In this document: in pieces, positions 33,758-44,248 of the stretch | Layout: each line of letters begins with the position of its first letter | Numbering within the stretch: position 1 is the stretch's first letter | Assembly: GCA_043819555.1 (NCBI GenBank) | Contig: JBDREQ010000067.1 | Span: forward strand, 1-63,232 | Source of the DNA: Candidatus Zixiibacteriota bacterium | GTDB taxonomy: Bacteria; Zixibacteria; MSB-5A5; GN15; JAAZOE01 | DNA length: 63,232 bases | Reading direction: 5' to 3' | Program-made: the position numbers and the translations under genes | Notes under the pieces: model-generated | Seen by the model: only the letters and a program-made list of their open reading frames with translations | What the model was told of the DNA's origin: nothing | Databases searched by the model: none

Positions 33758-35418
33758 ATATAAAAACCATAAGAAATATCAGGCGCGTATCGCAAGTTTT
33801 GTTTTTTTCAATATTTTTCTGGCTGATTCTCAAAACCAATTTCGAAGTAAATTTTTCGGGTGAAGGCGATATCACTCTCCCCTATCCCGTATCGTTATTT
33901 CTTGAATTTGACCCGTTGACGGCATTGGGAACACTTCTCGCCACCGGAACAATATACAAGGGTCTTCTCTGGTCGCTGGTTATTCTAATTCCAACGATAT
34001 TTCTGGGACGATTCTTTTGCGGATGGATGTGCCCGCTGGGAACTCTCAATCACTGGATATCCGAAATCCCTTCGGAACGTTTGAAGCGCAAGGGCAAAAG
34101 TAAAATCAATTCCAACCGTTACAAAAAATATCAGCGCATCAAGTATTATATCTTTTTGATATTTATTGCCGGATCGCTGGTTGGGACTCTGCAAATCGGA
34201 CTTTTGGATCCCTTGCCATTTCTGGCCCGTTCGATCGGGACGGTTGTACTGCCTACTCTGCATACTGCTTCGCTTGCTACCGTAGCATGGATAAAATCAA
34301 TCGGCTGGCCTCCGCTGGGCGACGCCGCTCAGTATCTATATAATATCGTAGCGGCCTTATTATTGCCTTTCAGGCAAATGCACTTCCACACAATTTTTTC
34401 GCTGGGCTTGTTTTTTGTTCTTGTGCTTGGACTCAATCGCGTTTTTACCCGTTTCTGGTGTCGTGGTATCTGTCCGCTTGGGGCGATGCTCGGATTTTTT
34501 TCTCGTTATGCTATCTTTGGACTTAAGAAAGACGAATCGACCTGCGATAAATGCAATCTCTGTCTGGAGCATTGTCAGGGCGCAGACAATCCCGAAATCG
34601 GATCCAAATGGCGCCAGGCCGAATGCCATCTCTGTCTCAACTGCCAGGCTTCATGCCCCCAGGGATCTTTGTCTTTTTGTTTCTTCCCGGATCAAGAAAC
34701 AACCAAAACCAATCCCGCGCCAACCCAAAAGGTCGATATCACTCGCAGAAAAGTTTTAGCCTCAGTCGCCGGAGGATTGGCTTTGTTTCCCTTTATTCGT
34801 TCCGGCGATATTTTTGACGCCAACCCCAACCCGTTTTTAATTCGGCCGCCCGGTTCAGTCGAGGAAGACTGGTTTCTCAAACGATGTATCCGCTGCGGGC
34901 AGTGCATGCGCGTCTGTCCCAACAACGCTATCCATCCGACCCTGATGGAATCGGGCATGGAAGGTATCTGGACGCCGATATTGATTATGAAAATCGGATA
35001 CTGCGAACCGACCTGTACACTATGCGGTGAAGTCTGCCCGACAGGAGCGATTTTGCCAATGACCTTAAAAGAAAAAGTCGGCGACAAAGATAACCACCCC
35101 GACCGTATCGGGACCGCCTTCTTTGACCGGGGTCGCTGTTTGCCATGGGCGATGGGTAAAACCTGTCTCGTCTGCGAAGAATGGTGCCCGACTTCGCCCA
35201 AAGCGATCTTTTTGAAAGAAGAAGAAGATTTCGACCGCAACGGTAAATTAGTCACTATCAAGAGACCGTATATCGAACCGGACGTTTGCACCGGATGCGG
35301 GGCGTGCGAATATGCCTGTCCGGTGATTGACAAACCGGCAGTGTATGTCACCAATGTCGGCGAATCCCGCTCCGCCAAGAATCAAATTTTGTTACAAAGA
35401 AAGGGGATCAGTAAATAG
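33754..35418 (+). CDS. Membrane polyferredoxin (NapH/MauN-like fused to NapG/MauM-like domain)
   Basis: GRFFCGWMCPLG, RFWCRGICPLG, internal TRRKVL + TM, IRPPG, multiple CxxCxxCxxxCP motifs. Confidence 0.88.
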   Translation: MNIKTIRNIRRVSQVLFFSIFFWLILKTNFEVNFSGEGDITLPYPVSLFLEFDPLTALGTLLATGTIYKGLLWSLVILIPTIFLGRFFCGWMCPLGTLNHWISEIPSERLKRKGKSKINSNRYKKYQRIKYYIFLIFIAGSLVGTLQIGLLDPLPFLARSIGTVVLPTLHTASLATVAWIKSIGWPPLGDAAQYLYNIVAALLLPFRQMHFHTIFSLGLFFVLVLGLNRVFTRFWCRGICPLGAMLGFFSRYAIFGLKKDESTCDKCNLCLEHCQGADNPEIGSKWRQAECHLCLNCQASCPQGSLSFCFFPDQETTKTNPAPTQKVDITRRKVLASVAGGLALFPFIRSGDIFDANPNPFLIRPPGSVEEDWFLKRCIRCGQCMRVCPNNAIHPTLMESGMEGIWTPILIMKIGYCEPTCTLCGEVCPTGAILPMTLKEKVGDKDNHPDRIGTAFFDRGRCLPWAMGKTCLVCEEWCPTSPKAIFLKEEEDFDRNGKLVTIKRPYIEPDVCTGCGACEYACPVIDKPAVYVTNVGESRSAKNQILLQRKGISK

Positions 35419-36523
35419 TAACCGTCAACTTGTATAATTCTCTATCATTATTAAGATACCATATTAAATGATCTTGTTTCGAATAATGGAATTCAATCTG
35501 AATATTACTGAATGGATTTGAATCTTCGTGGCCTCTATAAATTAGTCTAAATAACCGATGGAGCTTCACAGAATACCCATATGTATCGACATCTCCATCC
35601 CAATCCTGTGTAATTTCCCCGAAGCGAACACAGCCGGTTTCAAACAATCCAAGTTCAATCCCATATTTTTTTCGCCTGTTATCATAATCGATATCTCGGT
35701 TTTGATTTTCATTTTCGTAAGCAGCTGTAATTGAAATAATATCTATTGTTTCGTCAGCATATTCTATCGCCAATCCAACTTTAGTAGAAAATCCAAATCT
35801 TGAAATTCGGCATAACGGAACATTTTGACCAAGTGCGTCAAGATCCGGACCAATATTAGAATTTGACCATCCAAACGCGGGATAAATGTATAAGCTGGAA
35901 CCGTTGAATAGTGAATTATTCAATGATTTTATATTTACTTGACGGCCAAATAATAATCCATAATCAATAGCATGTGTAGACCATGATTCAGCATCGTATG
36001 ATTCGCCAATCAACTTCAACGATATCCCTGCACTTATATCAAGAAACGTCCTTAATCCATGTGCAAAAACCAAATTATGCATAAAATCATGCGCCATAAA
36101 ATATTCCCCTGTCCCATCAGGATATTCATATGTAGTATAAGGTATCGGTCCAGCTTCTATAGACGTCCGAAAATATCCAATACTAACTCTATGATTCTCA
36201 TTCAATCCAAAAATACCCACCGGAAATGAGAAGAGAGCATTGCACGAGCCAAATTTTATCACATTTGAAACAAAATTGTTTTTTACCGGCCAAAAACTGG
36301 TCGAGAAACGATAGGGCTTAGCAGGTGGCGCTATTAATGCAGGATTAAAATACGGAGAATTCAAATCGACTATGGCCACCCCGGCTTCCCCCATCCCATT
36401 GGCTCGAGGCGAAGGAGAAAAGGCCAAAAAACCAGTTCCTGCCGTCCCCACTTTTGCCTGCGAATAAGCCATTGCCGAAAAACCCAAAAGCAATACTGCA
36501 AATGCCAATAGCAATCTTTTCAT
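35408..36523 (-). CDS. PorV/PorQ-like outer-membrane protein
   Basis: Signal peptide MKRLLL..YSQ; KVGTAG..FL....RA.GMGEA, NPA; C-terminal aromatic residue; GGAGG SD. Confidence 0.7.
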   Translation of the reverse strand: MKRLLLAFAVLLLGFSAMAYSQAKVGTAGTGFLAFSPSPRANGMGEAGVAIVDLNSPYFNPALIAPPAKPYRFSTSFWPVKNNFVSNVIKFGSCNALFSFPVGIFGLNENHRVSIGYFRTSIEAGPIPYTTYEYPDGTGEYFMAHDFMHNLVFAHGLRTFLDISAGISLKLIGESYDAESWSTHAIDYGLLFGRQVNIKSLNNSLFNGSSLYIYPAFGWSNSNIGPDLDALGQNVPLCRISRFGFSTKVGLAIEYADETIDIISITAAYENENQNRDIDYDNRRKKYGIELGLFETGCVRFGEITQDWDGDVDTYGYSVKLHRLFRLIYRGHEDSNPFSNIQIEFHYSKQDHLIWYLNNDRELYKLTVTIY

Positions 36524-36624
36524 ACAACCTCCATATAATTCGACAAATATGGATAGAATTGCCCCGATTGTCAAGGCGGACATGAATGTAAATTAGAAAT
36601 TAAAATATGCTATTGTGATTGTGG

Positions 36625-36690
36625 TTGGAGTATGTCCCCGTGCGCCAAGTATGAATTTCATGGCAGACGAGGACATCCGCCATGCACAAA
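36625..36690. repeat. Degenerate REP-like inverted-repeat pair
   Basis: ATGTCCCCGT...GCCA arm facing TGGCAGACGAGGACAT arm in an intergenic region. Confidence 0.35.
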
Positions 36691-36698
36691 ATAGAGAA

Positions 36699-38810
36699 TC
36701 ACCGCCGCAACGTCCCAACAATCGCAAGCATTAGAAGTCCCGCAAGTGACAATATCAGCCACATAACGCCGATGATGGGGAGTAAGATCGTTGTCGTGAG
36801 AAGCGCCGCCGCGGCTGAGCCTGCGATTTCCACCGCATACCCTGCTCCTCGATTATTATCGAGATAGATGGCATAATACCGATTGGTCGCACCGACGAAC
36901 AATGTCCCCGTTCCTAATGCCGTCACAAACAAAAAACAAATATGAAAATAAATCGCTTCGTGCGGGCCAACGTTCTGGTACAAACTGAGAAACATAATTG
37001 CCGCTGCCAAAAGCAATAAAAGTGCTGACTGTTCGATTCGCATTCGCACATCCTGACGATGCGCGTACCATGTTCCTACGGCCAGGCCGAACATAAACGT
37101 TCCAATAAGAACCGCAATCTCCGAGTAAAGCGATCCGGCCGTCGATTGATACAAATAAAAAGATAAAAGCTCAAACGACAGCGAAACCGCGCCGGCCGTA
37201 AAATATAAAAACAACGGAAAACCGTTACGATTGTTATAAGTCAATCGCGACATAAAAAAGAATGCTAATATCAAAATCGGAATCGCGTACATCCAGGAAT
37301 GATTGGTAAGAATTCCATGAATCAATATCCGGTCAAATTCATGTGTCGTCGAACGGTACATTGTCTGATAATGAGTCAGGATCGGTTTTTCAAGCGAATT
37401 AAATTTCTCAAACTTACCGGCGGCCTGCATCACTCTCTCGGTTTTCATTTCATCCAAACGATCATGGAGATATTCGGGATTGATAATCTTAGGCTGATAG
37501 CCCAGCGAAACGCTCAGACTCATCACCGAATCAGGCGAGATCGTAATCCTATCCGCATCCGAAGCAAAATACAGCGTCATCGTTCCCGGCCAGATATTGA
37601 TATGGTTGAATGACTGTTCCAGAGTTTTATAAATCGCCGACAGTACCGGCTTCTTTTCAGGCGAAATATACCGGTCGGTATCGTATCCCGTCGGGATGTG
37701 CAGGACCCCGTCCTCTTTTAGCCACGTTTTGATCTTGATAATATTTTCCGTCGTTAGCATTCGGCTCGATTTATAACTATCCAGCATTCCCGGGTTGAGG
37801 ATGATAATATCATAATGGGTAATGCCGTCATGTCGAGAAAAATACTTAAGCGGATCATTGCTGATAGTCTTTGTGCCGGATGTAATAATATTTATCTCCG
37901 ATAATTGCCGACCGATTTCATCCCTCGGATCGAGAAAGGTCACCTGCGAAGTATCGACTAAAGAATAAAACTCCCCCCGCCCGATGAATAATATATTTTT
38001 GGCATCGGAATTATATATCATCGGCGGGATGAAATTGTTTTCGTATCGCTCTATATCGGGATAGACATCCTCGATGGCATTATCGGTCATCAATACAAAA
38101 TGACTATCTTTTTCCAATATAGCCTGATGTCCGTAAGGGGTGTCAAACGATGAGATGACACTGTACCCGTCGTATTTTAATACATCACACATTCTGTCGA
38201 TTATCGGAGCCGATATCACAACCGGAAATAACGCCGCAATCCCAATGATTGACGACAGGATTATATTTGATAATTTTTCGGATGTTAATGACATCGTGGT
38301 AATTACTATTGAAAAAACAAGCGCTAATCCCAGTGTGGAAAGTAAACTTCCGGCGATAATCGTTATGACTATCCCGCCAACAAAGGCTCCGATGCCTTCA
38401 AATAAATAAACAATAACAATTGATTCGCCGGGATCAATTCCCTGATTTGATACGGCGCTGAACAGCCATCCAGAAATTAATCCGGCCGGGAACATGGCAA
38501 TAATCGAAACCATCGCCGCTTTACCAAATGGTACAATCTCGCCCACCACCGGCGACAAAAATGCTGGAAATAATCTGACGGCGATAATCGTAATCGGAAC
38601 CAGAGCCGCTCCGATGATAAATAGTATCGTCGTATTGACACGGCGTTTTTTTCCGCCCAGGTATGCCCCGATGGCGACCGAAATCAGCCAGCCGAACAAA
38701 GCCGTGCCAATAAATAACTCATCTCCGTTGAATGATGATATGATTTCCCGCAGGAGAAGAACCTGTCCCCCAATGGAAAATAGCCCAAGCAAAAACGCCT
38801 GCCGGCGCAT
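36699..38810 (-). CDS. Membrane protein with central spermidine-synthase-like domain (fused MFS/spermidine synthase type)
   Basis: GQVLLLRE....F.G.EL N-terminal TM block, DTPYGH, YDIIILN, L...GVL, C-terminal TM block with YQ...G.LY.E. Confidence 0.8.
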   Translation of the reverse strand: MRRQAFLLGLFSIGGQVLLLREIISSFNGDELFIGTALFGWLISVAIGAYLGGKKRRVNTTILFIIGAALVPITIIAVRLFPAFLSPVVGEIVPFGKAAMVSIIAMFPAGLISGWLFSAVSNQGIDPGESIVIVYLFEGIGAFVGGIVITIIAGSLLSTLGLALVFSIVITTMSLTSEKLSNIILSSIIGIAALFPVVISAPIIDRMCDVLKYDGYSVISSFDTPYGHQAILEKDSHFVLMTDNAIEDVYPDIERYENNFIPPMIYNSDAKNILFIGRGEFYSLVDTSQVTFLDPRDEIGRQLSEINIITSGTKTISNDPLKYFSRHDGITHYDIIILNPGMLDSYKSSRMLTTENIIKIKTWLKEDGVLHIPTGYDTDRYISPEKKPVLSAIYKTLEQSFNHINIWPGTMTLYFASDADRITISPDSVMSLSVSLGYQPKIINPEYLHDRLDEMKTERVMQAAGKFEKFNSLEKPILTHYQTMYRSTTHEFDRILIHGILTNHSWMYAIPILILAFFFMSRLTYNNRNGFPLFLYFTAGAVSLSFELLSFYLYQSTAGSLYSEIAVLIGTFMFGLAVGTWYAHRQDVRMRIEQSALLLLLAAAIMFLSLYQNVGPHEAIYFHICFLFVTALGTGTLFVGATNRYYAIYLDNNRGAGYAVEIAGSAAAALLTTTILLPIIGVMWLILSLAGLLMLAIVGTLRR

Positions 38811-39952
38811 CAGAAAAACCGTCCGGGAATGATTCTACCGCATGATTTACATTTGTTTTTATTCATACCGGAAAGATAGGTGCGATATCCGCGACGTTCG
38901 ATTAACATCTCGTTGCATTTGGGACAATAGGTGGATTCGGCTTTGTGACCGGGGATATTGCCCAGATAAACATACTCCAAACCCTCGGCCCGGCAAATCG
39001 CAAGAGCTCTTTCCAGAGTCGCCTGGGGCGTCGGCGGGAGATTTTTCAGAAGATACTGAGGATAAAAGCGCGAGAAATGTATCGGAACATCGGTTCCCAG
39101 ATGGTTTTTTATCCATCGGGCCAAATCGGTAAACTCAGCATCAGTATCATTGAGCGTTGGAATAACCAGATAGACAATCTCAAGCCACACATCTGATTTC
39201 TTAATCTGTACCAGACTATCGAGAACCGGTCTGAGTTCGCCATCAACGTAATTTTTATAATATGTTTCGCGAATCGCCTTTAAGTCAATTTTTACGGCAT
39301 CGAGCTGCGTTAGAAGTTCGGATAGAGGTTCAGGGTTAATGTACCCGCCGGATATCATTACCGATTTGATTCCATGCCTATGACCCAGCTCGGCGGTATC
39401 ATACATATATTCATAAAATATTACCGGCTCGCTGTAGGTATAAGCGATCGTCGGGACTTTCCGCTCGCGGCATAAGGCGATAATGTCTTCGGACGGCATA
39501 GAAATATTATCGGTTTGTTCCGGCCGGGATTGCGATATATCCCAGTTCTGACAGCATTTACAATTGACATTGCATCCGGCCGTTGCCAATGAAAAGGCGC
39601 TCATTCCGGGATAAAAATGATGAAAAGGTTTTTTCTCGATCGGATCGATATTGATTGCGCATGGCAGTCCATAAACGAGGGTATAATAAATATCACCGCG
39701 ATTTTCGCGTGAACCGCAATATCCTCGCTCCAGATCGGTCATACGGCACCGCCGGGGACATATTCCGCATTCGACCCCGCCTTCAGGAAGTTTTTTATAA
39801 AAGCGAGCTTCGACCGACGAAAGTTCTTTGGTGTAATCAAAAGCGCAGGCGTTTTGGATGCCTCCCAGAAATTCCGGCAGTAACCCGGAATGCGATACCG
39901 CCGCCGCGCACGCCCCGCATCCGATAAACTTCATGAATTTCCGCCGATCCAT
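38810..39952 (-). CDS. amrS: AmmeMemoRadiSam radical SAM enzyme with Tat signal
   Basis: DRRKFMK Tat motif; CGICPRRC, DPIEKKP, GCNVNCKCCQNW.ISQ (CxxxCxxC), AYTYSEP, IDLK, HFSRFYP.Y, VYLGN, C-terminal CPKC..CKSC. Confidence 0.92.
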   Translation of the reverse strand: MDRRKFMKFIGCGACAAAVSHSGLLPEFLGGIQNACAFDYTKELSSVEARFYKKLPEGGVECGICPRRCRMTDLERGYCGSRENRGDIYYTLVYGLPCAINIDPIEKKPFHHFYPGMSAFSLATAGCNVNCKCCQNWDISQSRPEQTDNISMPSEDIIALCRERKVPTIAYTYSEPVIFYEYMYDTAELGHRHGIKSVMISGGYINPEPLSELLTQLDAVKIDLKAIRETYYKNYVDGELRPVLDSLVQIKKSDVWLEIVYLVIPTLNDTDAEFTDLARWIKNHLGTDVPIHFSRFYPQYLLKNLPPTPQATLERALAICRAEGLEYVYLGNIPGHKAESTYCPKCNEMLIERRGYRTYLSGMNKNKCKSCGRIIPGRFF

Positions 39953-40872
39953 TAGAACAATTCCCCTTTGCTAACAGAACCATCCTTAGCGATTGTCAAA
40001 ACACCGATATCAATCTTTGTAAGATTTGCCTGCCCTAATCCCAATTTTTCCGCCGCATCAAGATATTTCACTTCCCGGCCAAGCTCTTTCAATGATTTTC
40101 TGCCGTTTCTTGTCCTTATATGATTTAGAATCTCCAGAGCGACACAGTCGGCCGCAACGGGATCAGCCGATAATATCAAGCCGTTATATGCATCAAAAGA
40201 ATGCGGGGCATATCCCGGCCCATTGTCGTATTGTACTTTTATAGCGTCGATAATTGTCAGGCGATGCTTGTCTCGAACGGGGGTCAGATTATTTATATCA
40301 GCGGCATGAGGGCTGCAATTGTTGTCATGGTACTTATTAGGATTATGAATCGCGCCGTACATATTTTTCAATCCCGCCGACATCCCGGCAATGGAATGAT
40401 CCTTCAGAATCGGAATATTAACACTATGCTCAATCATTTTCGACATAATTTTGGACACCATTGAATTCACATTGCCTGAGTTCAGAAAATCAGAATCATA
40501 ACCAATTGTAGCGGTGTCGGTTCCGAGACACATCACACCCGACGCAGAAGCGTTAAGAGTATATCCCGCTTTTTTTAGCTCGCGATTTGTGCGTTCCCAG
40601 ATTATCAAATCGTTTTCATTATAGCCGGCAAATTCTTTCAGCAAATTTATAAACGCCTCTGTCAAATTTGCCGGCGTCGCATTAAACGGCGTCAGGCAAT
40701 TGGTTTTCATTCCAACCGCCCCCCCCGTGAAACGCAGATTGAAATACTCTCTGAGTAATATATCGCCCGCTATAAAACCAACTCCGGTTTTAATCATTCT
40801 CTCATAAAGACTTACTGAAATTATTTTTTCAGATAAATCACCGGAATATTTTATGACCGCCACCCTGCTCAT
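39952..40872 (-). CDS. DUF362 family protein (no export signal)
   Basis: VGMK.NCL, IIWER...EL, NIPILKDH..AG....LKNMYG.I.NP...H, DPVAAD; likely start MSRV at 40872. Confidence 0.8.
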   Translation of the reverse strand: MSRVAVIKYSGDLSEKIISVSLYERMIKTGVGFIAGDILLREYFNLRFTGGAVGMKTNCLTPFNATPANLTEAFINLLKEFAGYNENDLIIWERTNRELKKAGYTLNASASGVMCLGTDTATIGYDSDFLNSGNVNSMVSKIMSKMIEHSVNIPILKDHSIAGMSAGLKNMYGAIHNPNKYHDNNCSPHAADINNLTPVRDKHRLTIIDAIKVQYDNGPGYAPHSFDAYNGLILSADPVAADCVALEILNHIRTRNGRKSLKELGREVKYLDAAEKLGLGQANLTKIDIGVLTIAKDGSVSKGELF

Positions 40873-40968
40873 ACTAATAATATACAAACCATTCTGGCAC
40901 GGGTGTCAAGCCTTTTTACCTTGACCCAAAATCAAAAATCAACGTATTTTTTATCAGAGGTATTAATC

Positions 40969-42432
40969 ATGAGAGTGCGTATAATCTGTGCTGGAATTAT
41001 TATAATAATCGTATGGGGAATGGCTGCGCCGGGAGCCGCAATGGAAAAATCAACAGAGGCAATTATACGCCATCCAGCCGTTTCGGGGATGTTTTACCCT
41101 TCTGACGGCGAGGATTTACTCGAAACGGTCAATAAGCATCTGGCCGATGTGAAAGATATTCCTGAAATTGATGGCCAGATAATCGCGCTAATAGTACCGC
41201 ATGCCGGAATCGTATATTCCGGGCCGATCGCCGCGTATTCTTACAAACTTCTGGAGAATTCGAGTATAGATAATGTTATCCTATGCGGTCCATCGCATCG
41301 CGTGCCCTTTGACGGTATTTCGGTTTACGGACCCGATGTAATCTGGCAAACTCCCCTCGGAGATGTTGTTTGCGACAACGATTTATGCCGCCGCCTTATC
41401 GAAAACAACAAATCAGTCAAATTATTTGAGGAAGCGCACAGGCAGGAGCACTCACTCGAAGTCCAGCTTCCATATTTGCAGGCCGTATTAAAAGAATTCA
41501 GTCTGATTCCGGCGACAATGGGGTTTCCCACTCCCGAGACAATTGACGCTTTGACCGAAGCCTTAATAGATCTGGATACGGATGAAAGAACGGTCATGAT
41601 CGCCTCTACCGATTGGCAACATTATATGTCGGCCAAAGAAGGCTGGAAATACGATTCATTGGGATTGGAATGCCTGGAAAACTTGAACCCCGATAAATTG
41701 CAAAGTCTTTTGGTGGAGAAAAAGACACAAATGTGCGGCGGAGCGCCGGCGGTGGCCGTCATGAAAGCGGCGATGGCCAAAGGAGCCAATAAGGTCAAAA
41801 TATTAAAATATGGCGATTCCGGCGATATTACCGAAGATAAAAGTTCTGTTGTTGGATATGCCGCAGCGGTTTTATATAAAGCCAATGAAAAAAATGAACT
41901 CTCAGATAATGATAAAGAAAAGCTGTTAAAAATAGCCCGGCAGTCGATTGAAACTTATCTGGAGACTGAAACAGTCCCCATATTTGATGTCCCCGAATCA
42001 TTGAAACGCCCCGGGGCCGCCTTTGTGACGCTTGAAAAAGATCATCGTCTGCGGGGCTGCATTGGTCAAACCATAGCCGTCACGCCTCTTTTTGAAACCG
42101 TATCGCACTGCGCCATTCAGGCGGCTTTGTCTGATCCGCGCTTTCCGCCGGTGAAGAGAGGGGAAATGAATCAGATTCATATCGAAATTTCTGTATTAAC
42201 GCCGCTTCAAAAGGTTGAATCTCTTGATGAAATAGAAGTCGGCCGCGATGGACTAATGATCTCTATGGGTAGAAATCGAGGTTTACTGCTTCCTCAGGTC
42301 GCTACCGATTACGGCTGGGATCGTGAGACGTTCCTCAGGCAGACTTGCAAAAAAGCCGGCCTCGCACCCGACGCTTATAATTCGAAACAGGCGGAAATCT
42401 TTATGTTTCAAGCTATAATCTTTGAAGAATAA
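40969..42432 (+). CDS. AmmeMemoRadiSam protein B (Memo) - protein A (AMMECR1) fusion with signal peptide
   Basis: Start MRVRII at 40969 after GAGG; R.PAV.G.FYP, PHAG.VYSG, GPSH, EHSLEVQLP, STD..HY, MCG, VVGY; then FVTL, LRGCIG, DPRF, EISVLT, GLLLPQV. Confidence 0.92.
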   Translation: MRVRIICAGIIIIIVWGMAAPGAAMEKSTEAIIRHPAVSGMFYPSDGEDLLETVNKHLADVKDIPEIDGQIIALIVPHAGIVYSGPIAAYSYKLLENSSIDNVILCGPSHRVPFDGISVYGPDVIWQTPLGDVVCDNDLCRRLIENNKSVKLFEEAHRQEHSLEVQLPYLQAVLKEFSLIPATMGFPTPETIDALTEALIDLDTDERTVMIASTDWQHYMSAKEGWKYDSLGLECLENLNPDKLQSLLVEKKTQMCGGAPAVAVMKAAMAKGANKVKILKYGDSGDITEDKSSVVGYAAAVLYKANEKNELSDNDKEKLLKIARQSIETYLETETVPIFDVPESLKRPGAAFVTLEKDHRLRGCIGQTIAVTPLFETVSHCAIQAALSDPRFPPVKRGEMNQIHIEISVLTPLQKVESLDEIEVGRDGLMISMGRNRGLLLPQVATDYGWDRETFLRQTCKKAGLAPDAYNSKQAEIFMFQAIIFEE

Positions 42433-42478
42433 ACGCACCGCAAATGAATCATATGAAAGCAAACCTGGGGAGTTCTCT

Positions 42479-43441
42479 TTGAAATATCAATTACCATGTA
42501 CGGTATTTTATCTATGCATGTTTCTTATTATGATCGGGTGCGGCAAAAAATCCGAACAGGTAAATCGAGATTTATCACAAGCGGAATCAATTAATATCGT
42601 CTCCACGACAAGCATGATCGGCGATCTGGCGGCAAATATCGGCGGGCAGCGGGTTGCCGTCAAGACTCTGATGGGGCCCGGAATCGATCCTCATTTATAC
42701 AAGGCCAGCCAGCGCGATGTGATAATTCTCGCTGACGCTGATATTATATTCTTTAATGGACTGCATCTTGAAGGAGCCATGTCCGAAGTTTTGGAACAAA
42801 TGGAAACATTCGGCATCACCATGGCCGTTGCCGGAAACATACCTGAAGAAAAATTAATATCACCCAAAGAATTTTCCCGCGCTCATGATCCCCATATTTG
42901 GTTTGATGTCCAATTATGGAGCTATGCCGTCGAAGCCGTCTATCAAACATTAGCAAAACTGGACTCTGCGCACATTGATATCTATAAGAAGAATTTTGAG
43001 AGATATCAGGCCGAATTGGAACAACTTCATGAATATGTATTGCATGAATCGGCCAAAATCCCGGAAAATATTCGAGTTCTGATAACCGCCCATGATGCCT
43101 TCAATTATTTTGGACGCGCCTACGGATTTGAGGTCAGGGGGCTTCAGGGGATCAGCACCGCCTCGGAAGCAGGAACCGCTGATGTTCAAAATCTGGCCTC
43201 TTTTATCGTTGAAAGAAAAATCCCGGCAATATTTATTGAATCATCAGTCCCCCAGCGAAATATTGAAGCTGTTCAGGCCGCCGTCGCGGCCCGTGATTTT
43301 GAAGTAGTTATCGGAGGTGAGCTTTTTTCCGATTCAATGGGTGATAAAAACACACCGGAGGGAAATTACATTGGCATGGTCAAACACAATGTAAATATGA
43401 TTGTAGCGGCCTTGATCGGCCCCGGGAGTAATCTCGAATAA
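42479..43441 (+). CDS. Mn/Zn ABC transporter substrate-binding lipoprotein (TroA-like)
   Basis: TTG start after GGGGAG; lipobox MIGC; GIDPHLY, NGLHLE, DPHIWFD, HDAFNYF, LFSDS. Confidence 0.93.
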   Translation: MKYQLPCTVFYLCMFLIMIGCGKKSEQVNRDLSQAESINIVSTTSMIGDLAANIGGQRVAVKTLMGPGIDPHLYKASQRDVIILADADIIFFNGLHLEGAMSEVLEQMETFGITMAVAGNIPEEKLISPKEFSRAHDPHIWFDVQLWSYAVEAVYQTLAKLDSAHIDIYKKNFERYQAELEQLHEYVLHESAKIPENIRVLITAHDAFNYFGRAYGFEVRGLQGISTASEAGTADVQNLASFIVERKIPAIFIESSVPQRNIEAVQAAVAARDFEVVIGGELFSDSMGDKNTPEGNYIGMVKHNVNMIVAALIGPGSNLE

Positions 43442-43457
43442 GGAAACGGACAGATAG

Positions 43458-44219
43458 ATGAATGAAAAATCAAAAAATGAAGTCATTCCAGCCATTGATA
43501 TCGAGGATATGACTGTCGCCTATCGCGATAAACCGGTTTTGTGGGATGTGGATTTGATTGTGCCGCAGGGTGTGCTCATGGCCATCGTCGGTCCTAACGG
43601 AGCCGGAAAAACGACATTGATAAAAGCCGCACTGGGATTGATTACTCCCGCCGCGGGACGAGTTCTCATCTATGGAAAACCATATCCCGAACAAAGGCGC
43701 ATGGTCGGTTATGTGCCGCAACGCGGCTCAGTTGACTGGGATTTCCCGACTACCGTTTTGGATGTCGTCATGATGGGCAGATACGGTCATCTGGGATGGA
43801 TTCGCCGCCCCGGCAAACGTGAAAAAAACGCGGCCGAAGAAGCTCTCGAAAAAGTCGGAATGATTGACCTTGCCAGCCGTCAAATAAACCAGCTTTCGGG
43901 AGGACAAAAGCAGCGAACTTTTTTGGCCCGGGCTTTGGTTCAGGATGCTCACGTTTATTTAATGGATGAACCGTTCCAGGGTGTTGATGCCACAACCGAG
44001 CGAGCGATAATTCAATTGCTGCGGGAGCTAAGGGAATCAGGAAAAACCGTCGTCGTGGTTCATCATGATCTGCAAACCGTATCGGAGTATTTCGATTGGG
44101 TCACGCTCCTGAATGTCCGCCGCATCGCCAGCGGACCGGTCAAAGATGTTTTCACCGATGATAATTTAAAAACCGCTTATGGTGGCCGGGTTGGCTTTTT
44201 GCAGGCAATGCAAAAATAG
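43458..44219 (+). CDS. Mn/Zn ABC transporter ATPase (TroB-like)
   Basis: [36 protein letters not shown]. Confidence 0.95.
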   Translation: MNEKSKNEVIPAIDIEDMTVAYRDKPVLWDVDLIVPQGVLMAIVGPNGAGKTTLIKAALGLITPAAGRVLIYGKPYPEQRRMVGYVPQRGSVDWDFPTTVLDVVMMGRYGHLGWIRRPGKREKNAAEEALEKVGMIDLASRQINQLSGGQKQRTFLARALVQDAHVYLMDEPFQGVDATTERAIIQLLRELRESGKTVVVVHHDLQTVSEYFDWVTLLNVRRIASGPVKDVFTDDNLKTAYGGRVGFLQAMQK

Positions 44220-44248
44220 AAAGAACTTATTTAGGGAACAGGTCTATC

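Noticed and set aside
34692..35378. Long antisense ORFs (this one, also 9179-9874 and 44623-45153)
   Set aside because: Shadow frames of well-supported genes on the opposite strand
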